Assembly (NCBI RefSeq): GCF_009914755.1
Contig: NC_060929.1
DNA length: 64,000 nt
Origin: the human T2T-CHM13v2.0 reference genome, Homo sapiens
Strand: one strand, 5' to 3'
In this document: piece after piece, positions 18,923-39,312 of the stretch
Numbering within the stretch: position 1 is the stretch's first letter
Layout: every line of letters starts with the position of its first letter
Translations under genes and position numbers: made by a program
The notes under the pieces: model-generated
What the model was told of the DNA's origin: nothing
Seen by the model: the letters and a program-made list of their open reading frames with translations, nothing else
Databases searched by the model: none

Positions 18923-19002
18923 CAAGCTGCCCTCTCCCTTCTCCGCCCTTCCTTCCCTCCGTCCCTCCTCCCCTGCCCCGCCTTCCTTTCTCTCTCTCCC
19001 GT

Positions 19003-19008
19003 TTCACT
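19003..19008 (+). promoter_or_regulatory. Initiator-like element TTCACT (candidate TSS A19006)
   Basis: Fits BBCABW and follows the GC boxes, NRF1 motif and pyrimidine tract. The TSS assignment is inference. Confidence 0.45.
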
Positions 19009-19106
19009 CACTGAGAGCTCCAGGTAGTGAGCAGTTCAGTCGATTTCCTCGTTACCCCGCCCCCCTTTCTCTTGCCCCCCCACCCCTCTCATCTGCCTGG
19101 TGGAGG

Positions 19107-19187
19107 ATGAAGCGGCTGCAGTGGCCCCAGCCTCAGCAGCGGCACCGGCGGTGGCTGCGGTGTGGGTGGCCGGAACTGGGGTGGTGA
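19107..19187 (+). other. uORF1 in the RASA1 5'UTR, 26 aa (MKRLQWPQPQQRHRRWLRCGWPELGW)
   Basis: ATG with A at -3; TGA at 19185-19187. Confidence 0.5.
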
Positions 19188-19287
19188 AGAAGCGGTGGTG
19201 GCGGCTGAAGGAGCGGTAGCAGCCTCAGCCTCTTTCCCTGTGCTTCCTTTCCTCTTTAGTGCAGCGAGGAAGTTTTCGCTTCTGTAC

Positions 19288-19305
19288 ATGTGTTTGTGTG
19301 CGTGA
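19288..19305 (+). other. uORF2 (MCLCA*), weak context
   Basis: TACATGTGTTTGTGTGCGTGA. Confidence 0.35.
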
Positions 19306-19536
19306 GTGTGGGTGTGTGCGGTGAGGTTTGGGTGGCGTTTGTGCAGGCGTTGGGTTTTTTGCCCACTTGGCTTCCCGTAACCCAGGCAGCTGGGGAGCCT
19401 GGGCTGTGGCCCTAGGAGGGGGCGCGGCGGCGGGCTCTCTCCTTTTGTTGTTGTTTCCTCAGCCTGGGGAGCTGAAGGGGAGACGCGTCTGGGTGGGGCT
19501 GCTCGGAGCCCGGGCCTGGTGGCCCCTGGGGCTCCC

Positions 19537-19553
19537 GGGCGGGCAGGGTAGGG
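19537..19553 (+). promoter_or_regulatory. Canonical G-quadruplex motif GGGCGGGCAGGGTAGGG
   Basis: Four G3 runs with loops of 1/2/2 nt, ending 21 nt before the main ATG. Confidence 0.65.
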
Positions 19554-19574
19554 CAGAGTAGAGCGGGCTTCAAC

Positions 19575-20113
19575 ATGATGGCGGCCGAGGCCGGCAGTGA
19601 GGAGGGCGGCCCGGTAACAGCCGGAGCTGGAGGAGGCGGCGCGGCAGCGGGCTCCAGTGCCTATCCCGCAGTGTGTCGGGTGAAGATACCCGCGGCCCTG
19701 CCTGTGGCAGCCGCCCCCTATCCTGGGCTGGTGGAGACCGGAGTGGCTGGAACTCTGGGTGGCGGAGCCGCTTTGGGGTCAGAGTTCCTAGGAGCCGGGT
19801 CTGTGGCAGGGGCACTGGGGGGAGCTGGACTGACAGGGGGAGGTACTGCTGCTGGCGTAGCTGGTGCTGCTGCTGGCGTGGCCGGTGCTGCTGTTGCTGG
19901 ACCTAGTGGAGACATGGCTCTCACCAAACTGCCCACTTCGTTGCTTGCTGAGACTCTCGGGCCAGGCGGCGGTTTTCCCCCTCTGCCCCCTCCCCCTTAC
20001 CTGCCCCCTTTGGGGGCGGGCCTCGGGACAGTGGACGAAGGTGACTCTCTGGATGGACCAGAATACGAGGAGGAAGAGGTGGCCATACCGTTGACCGCTC
20101 CTCCAACTAACCA
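19575..20113 (+). CDS. RASA1: RASA1 (p120 RasGAP) coding exon 1, codons 1-180 (phase-2 end); Gly/Ala-rich N-terminus with a Pro-rich PPLPPPPYLPP segment
   Basis: Translation MMAAEAGSEEGGPVTAG...EEEEVAIPLTAPPTNQ matches the recalled human p120GAP N-terminus. Kozak context AACATG; consensus donor CA|GTAAGT at 20113/20114; lies in a CpG island. Confidence 0.98.
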
Positions 20114-20170
20114 GTAAGTTAAGACTGCTGTTCAGGAATTTGGGAAGCTGGCTCCAGAAAAGAAGTGGAA

Positions 20171-20178
20171 ATGAAGGG
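20171..20178 (+). CDS. RASA1: Alternative start (Met-Lys-Gly) of the short p100 RasGAP isoform, using a donor 65 nt downstream of the main donor
   Basis: GAAATGAAGGG|GTAAAT gives a phase-2 end, the same phase as the main donor. It agrees with the known p100GAP isoform produced by a 65-nt insertion. Confidence 0.85.
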
Positions 20179-20283
20179 GTAAATCATACTTTGTCCTTTT
20201 CATCTGTGGTTTGTTAGGAAAAGTTTTTGAAGTTTCAGGTTTCTTGGGTAGGAATTTAATCTGATCACTTATCTTCCTTACAG

Positions 20284-20410
20284 GCATACTACCTGGCGTC
20301 ATCCTACATTTATTGCTCCTCTGGGAAAGTGTAAAGTCTTTAAGATGGAAAGCATGAGAAAATGTGTATCTAATGAGAACCGGATATAGTTCTGTCCCTT
20401 CCAAGTTGAG
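20284..20410 (+). other. RASA1: Candidate 127-nt alternative exon with internal ATG 20373 (MRTGYSSVPSKL-R, phase 2)
   Basis: Branch-like CTGAT at 20261, pyrimidine tract and acceptor CTTATCTTCCTTACAG (ends 20283), donor AG|GTGGTG at 20410/20411. ATG 20373 gives 38 coding nt, i.e. the same phase as exon 1. Confidence 0.55.
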
Positions 20411-21057
20411 GTGGTGTCCCAGAATTTAGTCAAACTGCGGCTACCAAGGCAGTCATAGTGTATATTAACTTGTGTGTGTTACTTGATAAAGCTAGATGAT
20501 TAGTGAGAAGCTTTGAATACAGGTGTTTAAACGAGTACTATAGTAATAATTTGAAAAATGTATTGGTTAGAATGTTTTTATTTCAGTGCACAGCCCAGCT
20601 TCTGATTAGAGAAAGCATAGTGATGCAGAAGAGTCTTTGGGTCACTTAATGAGAACTTGGGTCAGAGAGAAAGGAAAGGAATCCTGTGTATTATAGGTGT
20701 GATTAAGAGCCTATATTCCAACAATGTATCTTCTTCCATAGGCTTGCCACTTAATATTAACGCACTGCTTTTATAGTGGAGACTTTGGAAGTACAACAGT
20801 GAGGCAAAACAAAATCAATAGAGCTTCCCTTAAACATTTTTTGTTGGTGGCCAGTATAGTATTCTATTTAAAAATTAAGTTTTACAGTCTGTAAAATATA
20901 CAGGACAATGACTTTTTTAAAATGTAAGTTAATACCTCCTCCTCACTTGTCTTAATTGAACTTAGGTGTTTATTCTTAAAGGTGGACCTTGATGAAAATG
21001 TTGAGATGGGAAGTGTTATTAGGCAAAACTTGTTATAGATTTCTCATATAACCCTTA

Positions 21058-23267
<2,210 letters not shown>

Positions 23268-23489
23268 CACCATGATTGAGTACTTATGAAAAATTGTGAG
23301 AAATTCATTGTGTGGGATTTTCACCATTACTACATGTATTTGGAAATAAAAATTGTATGACTATGTATATGAAACTTGTTCATGTTCTAAAAAATACCCT
23401 CCATTTATAATATGTTTTTAAAATTTGCCACTGAGAAGTACAAATTTCCTTCTTATTTCATCTTAGTTATCAACCCAGAGTCACTGGAG

Positions 23490-23725
23490 GCAATGCAGTG
23501 TAGTGGTTAAGCGTGCAGATTCTGAAGTTAGACAAGATTTGGGTTGGAATCCTGACTCTGCCACTTACTAGCTGGGTATTCTTGGAAAGGTCAGTTTCCC
23601 CATCCGTAAAATGGGGATAGGAATGGTACCTTCCTCATATGATTGTTTTTTTTTTTTTAAGATTTAATGAATACCTTGATGTATTCGTCACAGTACTTGG
23701 GCATAGTAAGTGTTCGATAAATACG
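23490..23725 (+). mobile_element. MIR, near full length
   Basis: GTAGTGGTTAAG...GAATCCTGACTCTGCCACTTACTAGCTG...CAGTTTCCCCATCCGTAAAATGGGGATA. Confidence 0.88.
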
Positions 23726-24762
23726 TAGTCCCCTGTGCCCATAACTGTAATATTTTACTAGCACTAAATTGTCTACTAATTCTTTTGGTTAGAGAATCTC
23801 CCTTGTTAAATGACTATTTTACAGAATGTTTTGAACTCCAAATCAAGCCTACCACGATTAATTATATTAAGAATTTTATTTTAACTTTATAAGGGCTTCT
23901 AGCAGTAGGTTAAGCAATTTTAGAGGTGAAATTCAAGTGTTCTCTATAAATTCCTATTCCTGAATGTAGATATTCATATTTTTAAGTGGAAGGAAAAGCC
24001 TTAAAGACATTTTCAAATAATATTTATCTTTTGTAAAAGTATTGAAGAAATGTTGGACTAAATACTGACTATGAGTAACTGGTCCCCTTAGTTATGGATA
24101 GCATGGTATTAAGGGGGTTTAGGTCACAGGATTGAGTCCACAAGTGGCTTGTTACTCGAGTGTTCCATGGTCAGGAAGTTAGTTCAACTTTGTTCCCAGT
24201 TTTGTGCTATTGATCACAAAAGAGTCAAATGACAATATGTAGATACACCAGTGCAAATAAATTAACACTATTAATTAGTATTTTGTACCTTGTTTTTCTG
24301 TGTACGTGGTGAATCATTAGTCTCATTTTTATTACTGAGCATTTTCATTAGTTTGGTTGAGGCTGGAAATGTTTATGTAATTTGTACTATTTATTTGAAT
24401 ATTTTTGAAAGTTTTGAGAAAATTATAAAAATAAAAAAAATTCTTCCTCTCTATTTCTCTACTATAAAAGTTTCTATATCTAAAACTGTTAACAGATTTC
24501 TTTTTCGAGAGAGAAAAGGTTAAATTAAAGAAGTTTGTCACTAGTACTCCATAATTTTTTGGAGTTTCTTTTCATGGTTCTCATTTTTTTTCTTCTGCAG
24601 GGTGAGGGGCAGTGGTGGTAAAGGTATATTGTTTGTGTAGTGCACCATCAGTTATATGTAGAGATTTTTAACTGTGAGTCTGCAGTAGCAAGTGGCCATT
24701 GGTGAGAATCCAACCCACAGATATATACTGCTTGCCCTTAGAGTATTTGGAATATTTGATAA

Positions 24763-25137
<375 letters not shown>

Positions 25138-26414
25138 TAGCATCTCTAGAAAACCCACAGGACTTGGCTATACCTGGTGGCCATTCCTGCTTGAGACTAG
25201 ATTGCCAGAGCTGAGTAGCGGTTGACCCTTTTAGGTGGGTACTGAGGTCTCCATTTGCAGTCTCCACCAGGTCTGCTTTGCCTTTGCTATTGCAGTATTT
25301 GCCTGGCATCTGGCCTGGATCTTATGCTGAACCTAATATTCAGACTTCTCAAGTCTGAAACTTTAAGGAAAAGAAAATAAGGAATGTAAATAGTACCTTT
25401 CTTTTTTAAAAAAATCATTTTACTGTCTCTACAAAAATAAAATCATTCTTATTAAGTCAAATAATTGGTGAAGGTTAATGTTAGAACATGTAGCATTCAT
25501 TAACTTTGTCACTGATTGCATTATACATATGGGTGAGCCATTGTTTCTTAATAAAAATGGGGGTGAGACTTGCTAAGATTAGTTACGGACAATGATTGAT
25601 GACCAGAACTCATATTTTTTACTGTATTTGTATAAGTAGCAGAGAAATATAGTAGGTGCTTCAAGGGTTGCAAGAGTAAAATGCCCCTTTTCTCAATGGG
25701 AGAAAAGGGAGTATTAGATCTAGTAGGAAATTAAGTAAACCAATTACTGTGATTCAGGCTAGGTTAAGATAAATATCACGAGTGAAGTATGAGCAAAGGT
25801 CATGAGGGTTAAAAGAAAAAGAAATTTGTGTAATTAGGATCAGTAAATTCTTTGAGGAAAAATAGCAGGTATGTTTTTCCTGCTACTTAATTTATTTTCT
25901 GAGCAAGAGGTTATTGGTTCTGATGCTCTTCGCTTAATGATTCTATCAGGAAAACATAATTATGAATTAGATGAGTTTAAACTTTTCACCCTTAGTGAAG
26001 AGTCTGGTCTACAGAACTTTTAGTTACCTGTGGTCTGGAGGGAAGTTGACGGTGATGTCTGTAGTGACTGAGGTACAGAGCACAGTTGAATGCTAGAATC
26101 GGTATGGATCATTGATTAGCCACTCTGGGGAAAACAGGCAAACATTACTGGCAAAGCTAAAAAGGACAGCCATAAATTAGGAAGGGAAAAGGAAAAACGA
26201 AGAGTAGACTTTCTGGTTGCTTTACTTCTCTCTCTTTACTGGCCATTGGTGAAATGAACAGAGTCCCTTTAAGAACACTTAAATACCCAGAAAAGTACCT
26301 TTTGGGAAGAAGATTTTTTATAGTGATTATTAACTATAACAATGGTTACCACTGACATTTTTTGTTGTTGTTGCTTACTGCCAAACAGGAACAGTTCTAA
26401 TTGGTTTATTTGTA

Positions 26415-27200
<786 letters not shown>

Positions 27201-27784
27201 TGTGTATTACTTATTTTCATGTAATACGAGATAATAGAATACTAGTAGTGAGGGACAGGCTGGGAGATAGGACAAATACTTATGAGTTCTTCCTTCAGGC
27301 CCAGCAAGCTAAGTTGTCTTTTGTTAAATGAGTCAAATTTCTCCACAATAGATGTTGCTTTTTGGCTACCATTACCTTAATTTTAAACCAAAAATACTGA
27401 ATACGGATGTTGGTTATTGTTTGAATATGCAGGTATTTCTGTGTTACCTTGAAATCACTGGCAGTACATTTCAGTTTTGTGCTGCGTTAAAAATTGTTGT
27501 TATTAGATACAACTTATTGATAACTATGTATGTCTTGTCACATCTCTACAGGATTTAGGGTATGATGATTTTAGGTGTTTTAGTGGTTATGTGATTTAGT
27601 GAGTAAAATAATGAACAGTATGGGGGACAAAAAGAAATATACAATTCTACAGTCTAGTTGGAAGATGAGGCATTACTGGTAGGGAAATAAGATGATAAAA
27701 GTAGTCTACAGATACGTTGTGCAGGTAAATTTTTCAAATTCAGAGGATAGTTGCCAAAGAGTGAAAGAATGAAAGTAAATGAAA

Positions 27785-27840
27785 GAATGATACTGAAATT
27801 TCATACCATAATTCTCTTGAAGGAAATTTCAGTATCATTC
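27785..27840. repeat. Perfect 18-bp inverted repeat with a 20-nt loop
   Basis: GAATGATACTGAAATTTC (27785-27802) / GAAATTTCAGTATCATTC (27823-27840). Confidence 0.93.
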
Positions 27841-28394
27841 ATTTAGGATTATTACAGTGAGAAAGTGTGATTAACTTTTGTAACATTTGTGTTTCAAATT
27901 GTAGTCAAGTTGTTATGTGTAACATAGAGTTTTAGTTACAGAGGGAAGCTTCTCTGCTTAGATACAGAAGTAGCCTTAGGTAGAGTGACTTGCTTCACTC
28001 CACCCTACACCCTAGCTAAGTTCATATAACTAGGTAGTGGTAGAACTGGGACAGAATCCGATTCTCATACTGTTTCACATATATTTAGATTTGAGTAATA
28101 TTTATAATTCATTTTTTTTTAAATTTTAGAGAGGACTAGAAGCAAAGGCTCAGTATTTGCTAATCATTTGCTAGATGTCAGGTACTTTATATAGATTATC
28201 TTATTTAATTCTTACAATGATATAGTGAGAATGGGCATCATCCTCATTGTTGAGGAAACTGAGTGATAGAGCTGGAATTTTAATGTAAATACTATGCTTT
28301 TTATTTTGTCTTGCCCCTTTCCATTACGTAGAATGTACACACATATATGCACCCAGATAAAACTTAACGTACTTCAGGGCTGGCAGTAACTGGC

Positions 28395-28779
28395 ATTTTG
28401 GACTTAATAGTTCCCCCCTGTCCCCCATAGTCATAGGTTGAAGCCTTAACCACCAATGTAACTGAATTTGGAGATACAGCCTTTAAAAGAGGTAATTAAG
28501 GTTAAATGAGGTCATAAGGGTGGCTGGTGAATCCTATAGGACGGGTACCTTTATAAGAAGAGGTACCAGGAGTATGAGTGCATCAAGAAAAGGTCATGTG
28601 AGGACATGGTGAGGAGGCCTTCATTTGTCAGCTAAGGAGAGAGGCCTGACCAGAAACCAAGCTTGCCAGCACTTTGATAGTTCAATTTCCAGCATGCAGA
28701 ACTGTGAAAAAATAATTTCTGTTGTTTAAGCCACCCAGACTCTGGTATTTCGTCATAGCAGCCCAAACTGACTAATACA
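28395..28779 (+). mobile_element. MLT1A-type MaLR solo LTR
   Basis: GTAATTAAGGTTAAATGAGGTCATAAGGGTGG...TGTTTAAGCCACCCAG...ACTAATACA. Confidence 0.85.
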
Positions 28780-29309
28780 TGGGTAACTCTACATCTTTAA
28801 AAATGGATTTGGATTATTTTGGAACAGATTAAATGCATGTCTGCTGCTTGAGAAATAAGGTCCTCATTCTTTTAATTTCTTTCACTGTGGGAGAGAAAAT
28901 CTTGCCTTACTTTACCTCTTTCTTTGTTAGTCAGTGACCTTTATCTTTTTTGATTGTACCTCTGTTGAAAGATGGAAAGCATATTTAAATGCATGTCTGA
29001 TTATTATAGTGTGGAAAGATCCTACACATGACCATGGTAGCCATGGAATATCCTATGGATAAGCTGTTACTCCAGCAAATTTTCTGTATTCAATGTGTGT
29101 TCATTGTTGTAACATTTTACTTTAAAAATTTCGCTAATACATCTGTCTCAAGCTAAGGGAAAGACTTAGAGATCTCCCTCACCTCTTTTAAGTGTTTTTT
29201 GTAGGAATAACTTGCTAAACTGGGTTCATATTAGACACTTGTGTAACGATAGACCGTATCTCACCTATATTCTTTTCTATCTAAATGTTGATTCATTTCT
29301 CTAATTTTT

Positions 29310-34550
<5,241 letters not shown>

Positions 34551-36143
34551 TTTTTAAATAATCACTTTTCCCCTAAATATGATTAATATATGTTTACTAT
34601 AGAAAATTTGGAGACTATTAGAAAATATGAAGAAAAACCAATCCTTACTTTTACTACCAAAGGTAATAATCACTGTTAAGTTTTTGTATATTATATATAT
34701 CTAAAATACATCTGTATATATCCCTATCCCCCTAAATATAATTATAGCTAACATTTTCACATATGAGAACATTGAGATGTGGAGGGTTTTAGGTAACTTT
34801 CCCAAGTCACAGAGCCTACCAAGTGATACAAACCCAAGCTTTTGACCCCTAAGTCTATTTAACTACTATGCTACATTCCCACTTCTGTTTTTCTTCCTGG
34901 ATGCTTCAGAAAAATTGTTTCAGTAGGAGAATGAAGTTCTTTGAGGAGGAATTAGGGTGTTATAGCCATCTTAAGGGACTTAATACAGTGTTTATTTTGG
35001 GTAGTTCAGTATTTATGGATATTCATGTACTTGCATGCATTCTGGAGGTTATCTCAGGCAATAGAGAAATGAGCTTTGATACTTCTGTGTATGCATTTAT
35101 TTAGAGATATTTGTATCAACAAATACCTCCTTAAGGTTGAAGGCCTTTTCTTTTTGACAGATTTTTAAATCTTCTTTCAAGACAAATGCAGAAATATGAA
35201 ACAACATATAACGAAACCCAATTTTTTTCTTATCAGTGTTACAATGAAATGATGTTATTTGAGGACCTATTCTATGTTGTTTTCTTAAGGCTGCAGTTTC
35301 TAAGAACCTATCAGTGATGAAGTGAGGATGCAATTGTAGTGTTTTAATTAAACCATTGTTAGCTTTCTTATTTATTGAACAGCCACGGTATAGGAATTCT
35401 TTCATACATTATGTCACTTAAGTGACTATAGGTTGCTTTCTCTCTCTATATAGACAGACAGGTAGGTAGGCAGATGGTAAGCTTAGTTGTTCACTCACAT
35501 CAGTTGGGTTTTAGGGTGGCTGCCAAAGCATGGATTTAGAAGAAATTATTATTAATCACTGCATTAAGTAGTGACCATATGAAAATTTAGGAATATTTTA
35601 CTGTCTTTTAGTTCCTCCTTGATGAAGAAAGCTAATCCAGGTATCTGGAGTGGAACTGTTCTCTACTTAGACTTAGGGGACACTGCAATGCTTTATTGCT
35701 GGTGGTAGAAGAAATGAAATTTCAGTTAGATTTAGTAGTTCTTTGGAATCATGTAGTAATTCTCCACATTTGTCATCATTAGTAATTAAAAAGAATATAA
35801 CTATTTGTTTGTATTTGTTTGTGTTTGGTTAGCACATAAATCTGATTAATTTCTCAGGGAATTTGGAAAAAAAGAACACAACCCTCACACTAACAGGAAA
35901 TCATATCCTCTAGTTAATATTAGGATTCCTGAATATCTTCCTTTTGTATGGTCATTGAGATCAAAATCTTTTTATCATGAAGCTGTTTTTGAAATTTTAA
36001 CAAGTGAATAGGAAATAACCTAATATTTTTGTTTTGACATTGTTTTTTAAGAACCTTATCTATGTGATAGAATAACATTTAACATTAAAGTTAGTGTCAG
36101 AAATCATACAACTTTTAAAGTGCTGCGGAGATAATGGTACCAT

Positions 36144-37375
<1,232 letters not shown>

Positions 37376-37914
37376 GGATCTGACATTTCTTTTTTATTTC
37401 CTTTACTTTGATTCACACCCTCATTTTCTCTTTCTTCTCCTATTAGAGTGGTCTGTTACTTTTTTCCCTTTTACTGATCTCTTCCTCAGCCAATTGATAA
37501 CTCTTTATTATTGGCTTTCAAAATGTTTAACTTCAACCCAAGTAAAAATTAAGAAATTCCTGATACATTATGACACAGAGCTTATGTGTATATTTAAATT
37601 AAAAAAAAAACTGCAAAGGTTTAATGAAAAATAACCTTTAAAATTACTACTTGTGATACAATTCTATTTTCATTTTAATTCTGTTATACTCTACTTAAAA
37701 ATTACTGGTAGAAAGCAACTAAATTGAATTTGAAACTCCCAGCAGTTTGAAAAATTGCTTTATTTTACTTTCAGTAGACAAATTTTATACTTTCTTAAAA
37801 TCCTTTTGTGGATCTATTGTTTACAGAGTAGTGGCCTTCAGATATAATTTTGACCATGACTCACTAAAAGAAATAGATTTTACACCTGTGACCCAGTATA
37901 CACATATGCATAAA

Positions 37915-39312
37915 CGTATACACACACACACTCACATATATATATACCATATATATATACACCATATACATATACACCATATATATATACACCATATACA
38001 TATACACCATATATAAGGAACACCATATATATACATACCATATATATACACCATATATATACATACCATATATACACCATATATATACCATATATACACA
38101 CCATATATATACCATATATATACACCATATATATACCATATATATACACACCATATATATACCCCATGTATATACACACCATATATACACACCATATATA
38201 TACACACCATATATATACACACCATATATATACACACCATATATATATACACACCGTATATATACACCGTATATATACACACCATATATATATACACACC
38301 GTATATACACACCATATATATACACACCGTATATATACACACCATATATATACCGTATATATACACACCATATACACCGTATATATACACACCATATATA
38401 TACACCATATATACACACCATATATATACACCATATATACACACCATATATATACCATATATACACCATATATATACCATATATACACACACCATATATA
38501 TACCATATATACACACCATATATACACCATATATACACACCATATATATACACCATATATATACCATATATATACACACCATATATATACACACCATATA
38601 TATACACCATATATATACCCACCATATATATACCATATATATACCATATATACACACCATATATATACACCATACATATACACACCATATATATACACCA
38701 TACATATACACGCCATATATATACCATACATATACACGCCATAGATATACCATATATATACACGCCATAGATATACACCATATATGTACACGCCATAGAT
38801 ATATACCATATATGTACACGCCATAGATATACCATTATGTACACGCCATAGATATACCATATATGTACACGCCATATATATACACACCATATATATACCA
38901 TATATATACACACCATATATATACCATATATACACACACCATATATATACCATATATACACACACCATATATATACCATATATACACACACCATATATAT
39001 ACCATATATACACACACCATATATATATAACATATATATACCATATATACACACACCATATATATACCATATATACACACACCATATATATACCATATAT
39101 ACACACACCATATATATATACCATATATATACCATATATACACACACCATATATATACCATATATACACACACCATATATATACCATATATACACACACC
39201 ATATATATATACCATATATACACACACCATATATATACCATATATATACACACCATATATATATACCATATATATACACACCATATATATATATATACCA
39301 TATATATATACC
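37915..39312. repeat. ~1.4-kb degenerate tandem repeat of CCAT(AT)n(AC)n units
   Basis: Continuous ~11-17-bp units, with sub-blocks CACCGTATAT and CACGCCATAGATAT. Confidence 0.97.

Larger units (their letters stand above)
18500..20110. promoter_or_regulatory. CpG island / TATA-less promoter of RASA1
   Basis: Abrupt GC and CpG enrichment against AT-rich flanks; GC boxes (CCCCGCCCC ~18891, ~19055); spans exon 1. Confidence 0.92.

Noticed and set aside
18518-19561. Multiple overlapping ORFs on both strands
   Set aside because: Expected in a CpG island and mostly non-ATG starts; only the ATG-initiated uORFs were retained.
19575-20117. Stand-alone 180-aa single-exon gene
   Set aside because: The stop codon lies within the splice donor; this is exon 1 of RASA1.
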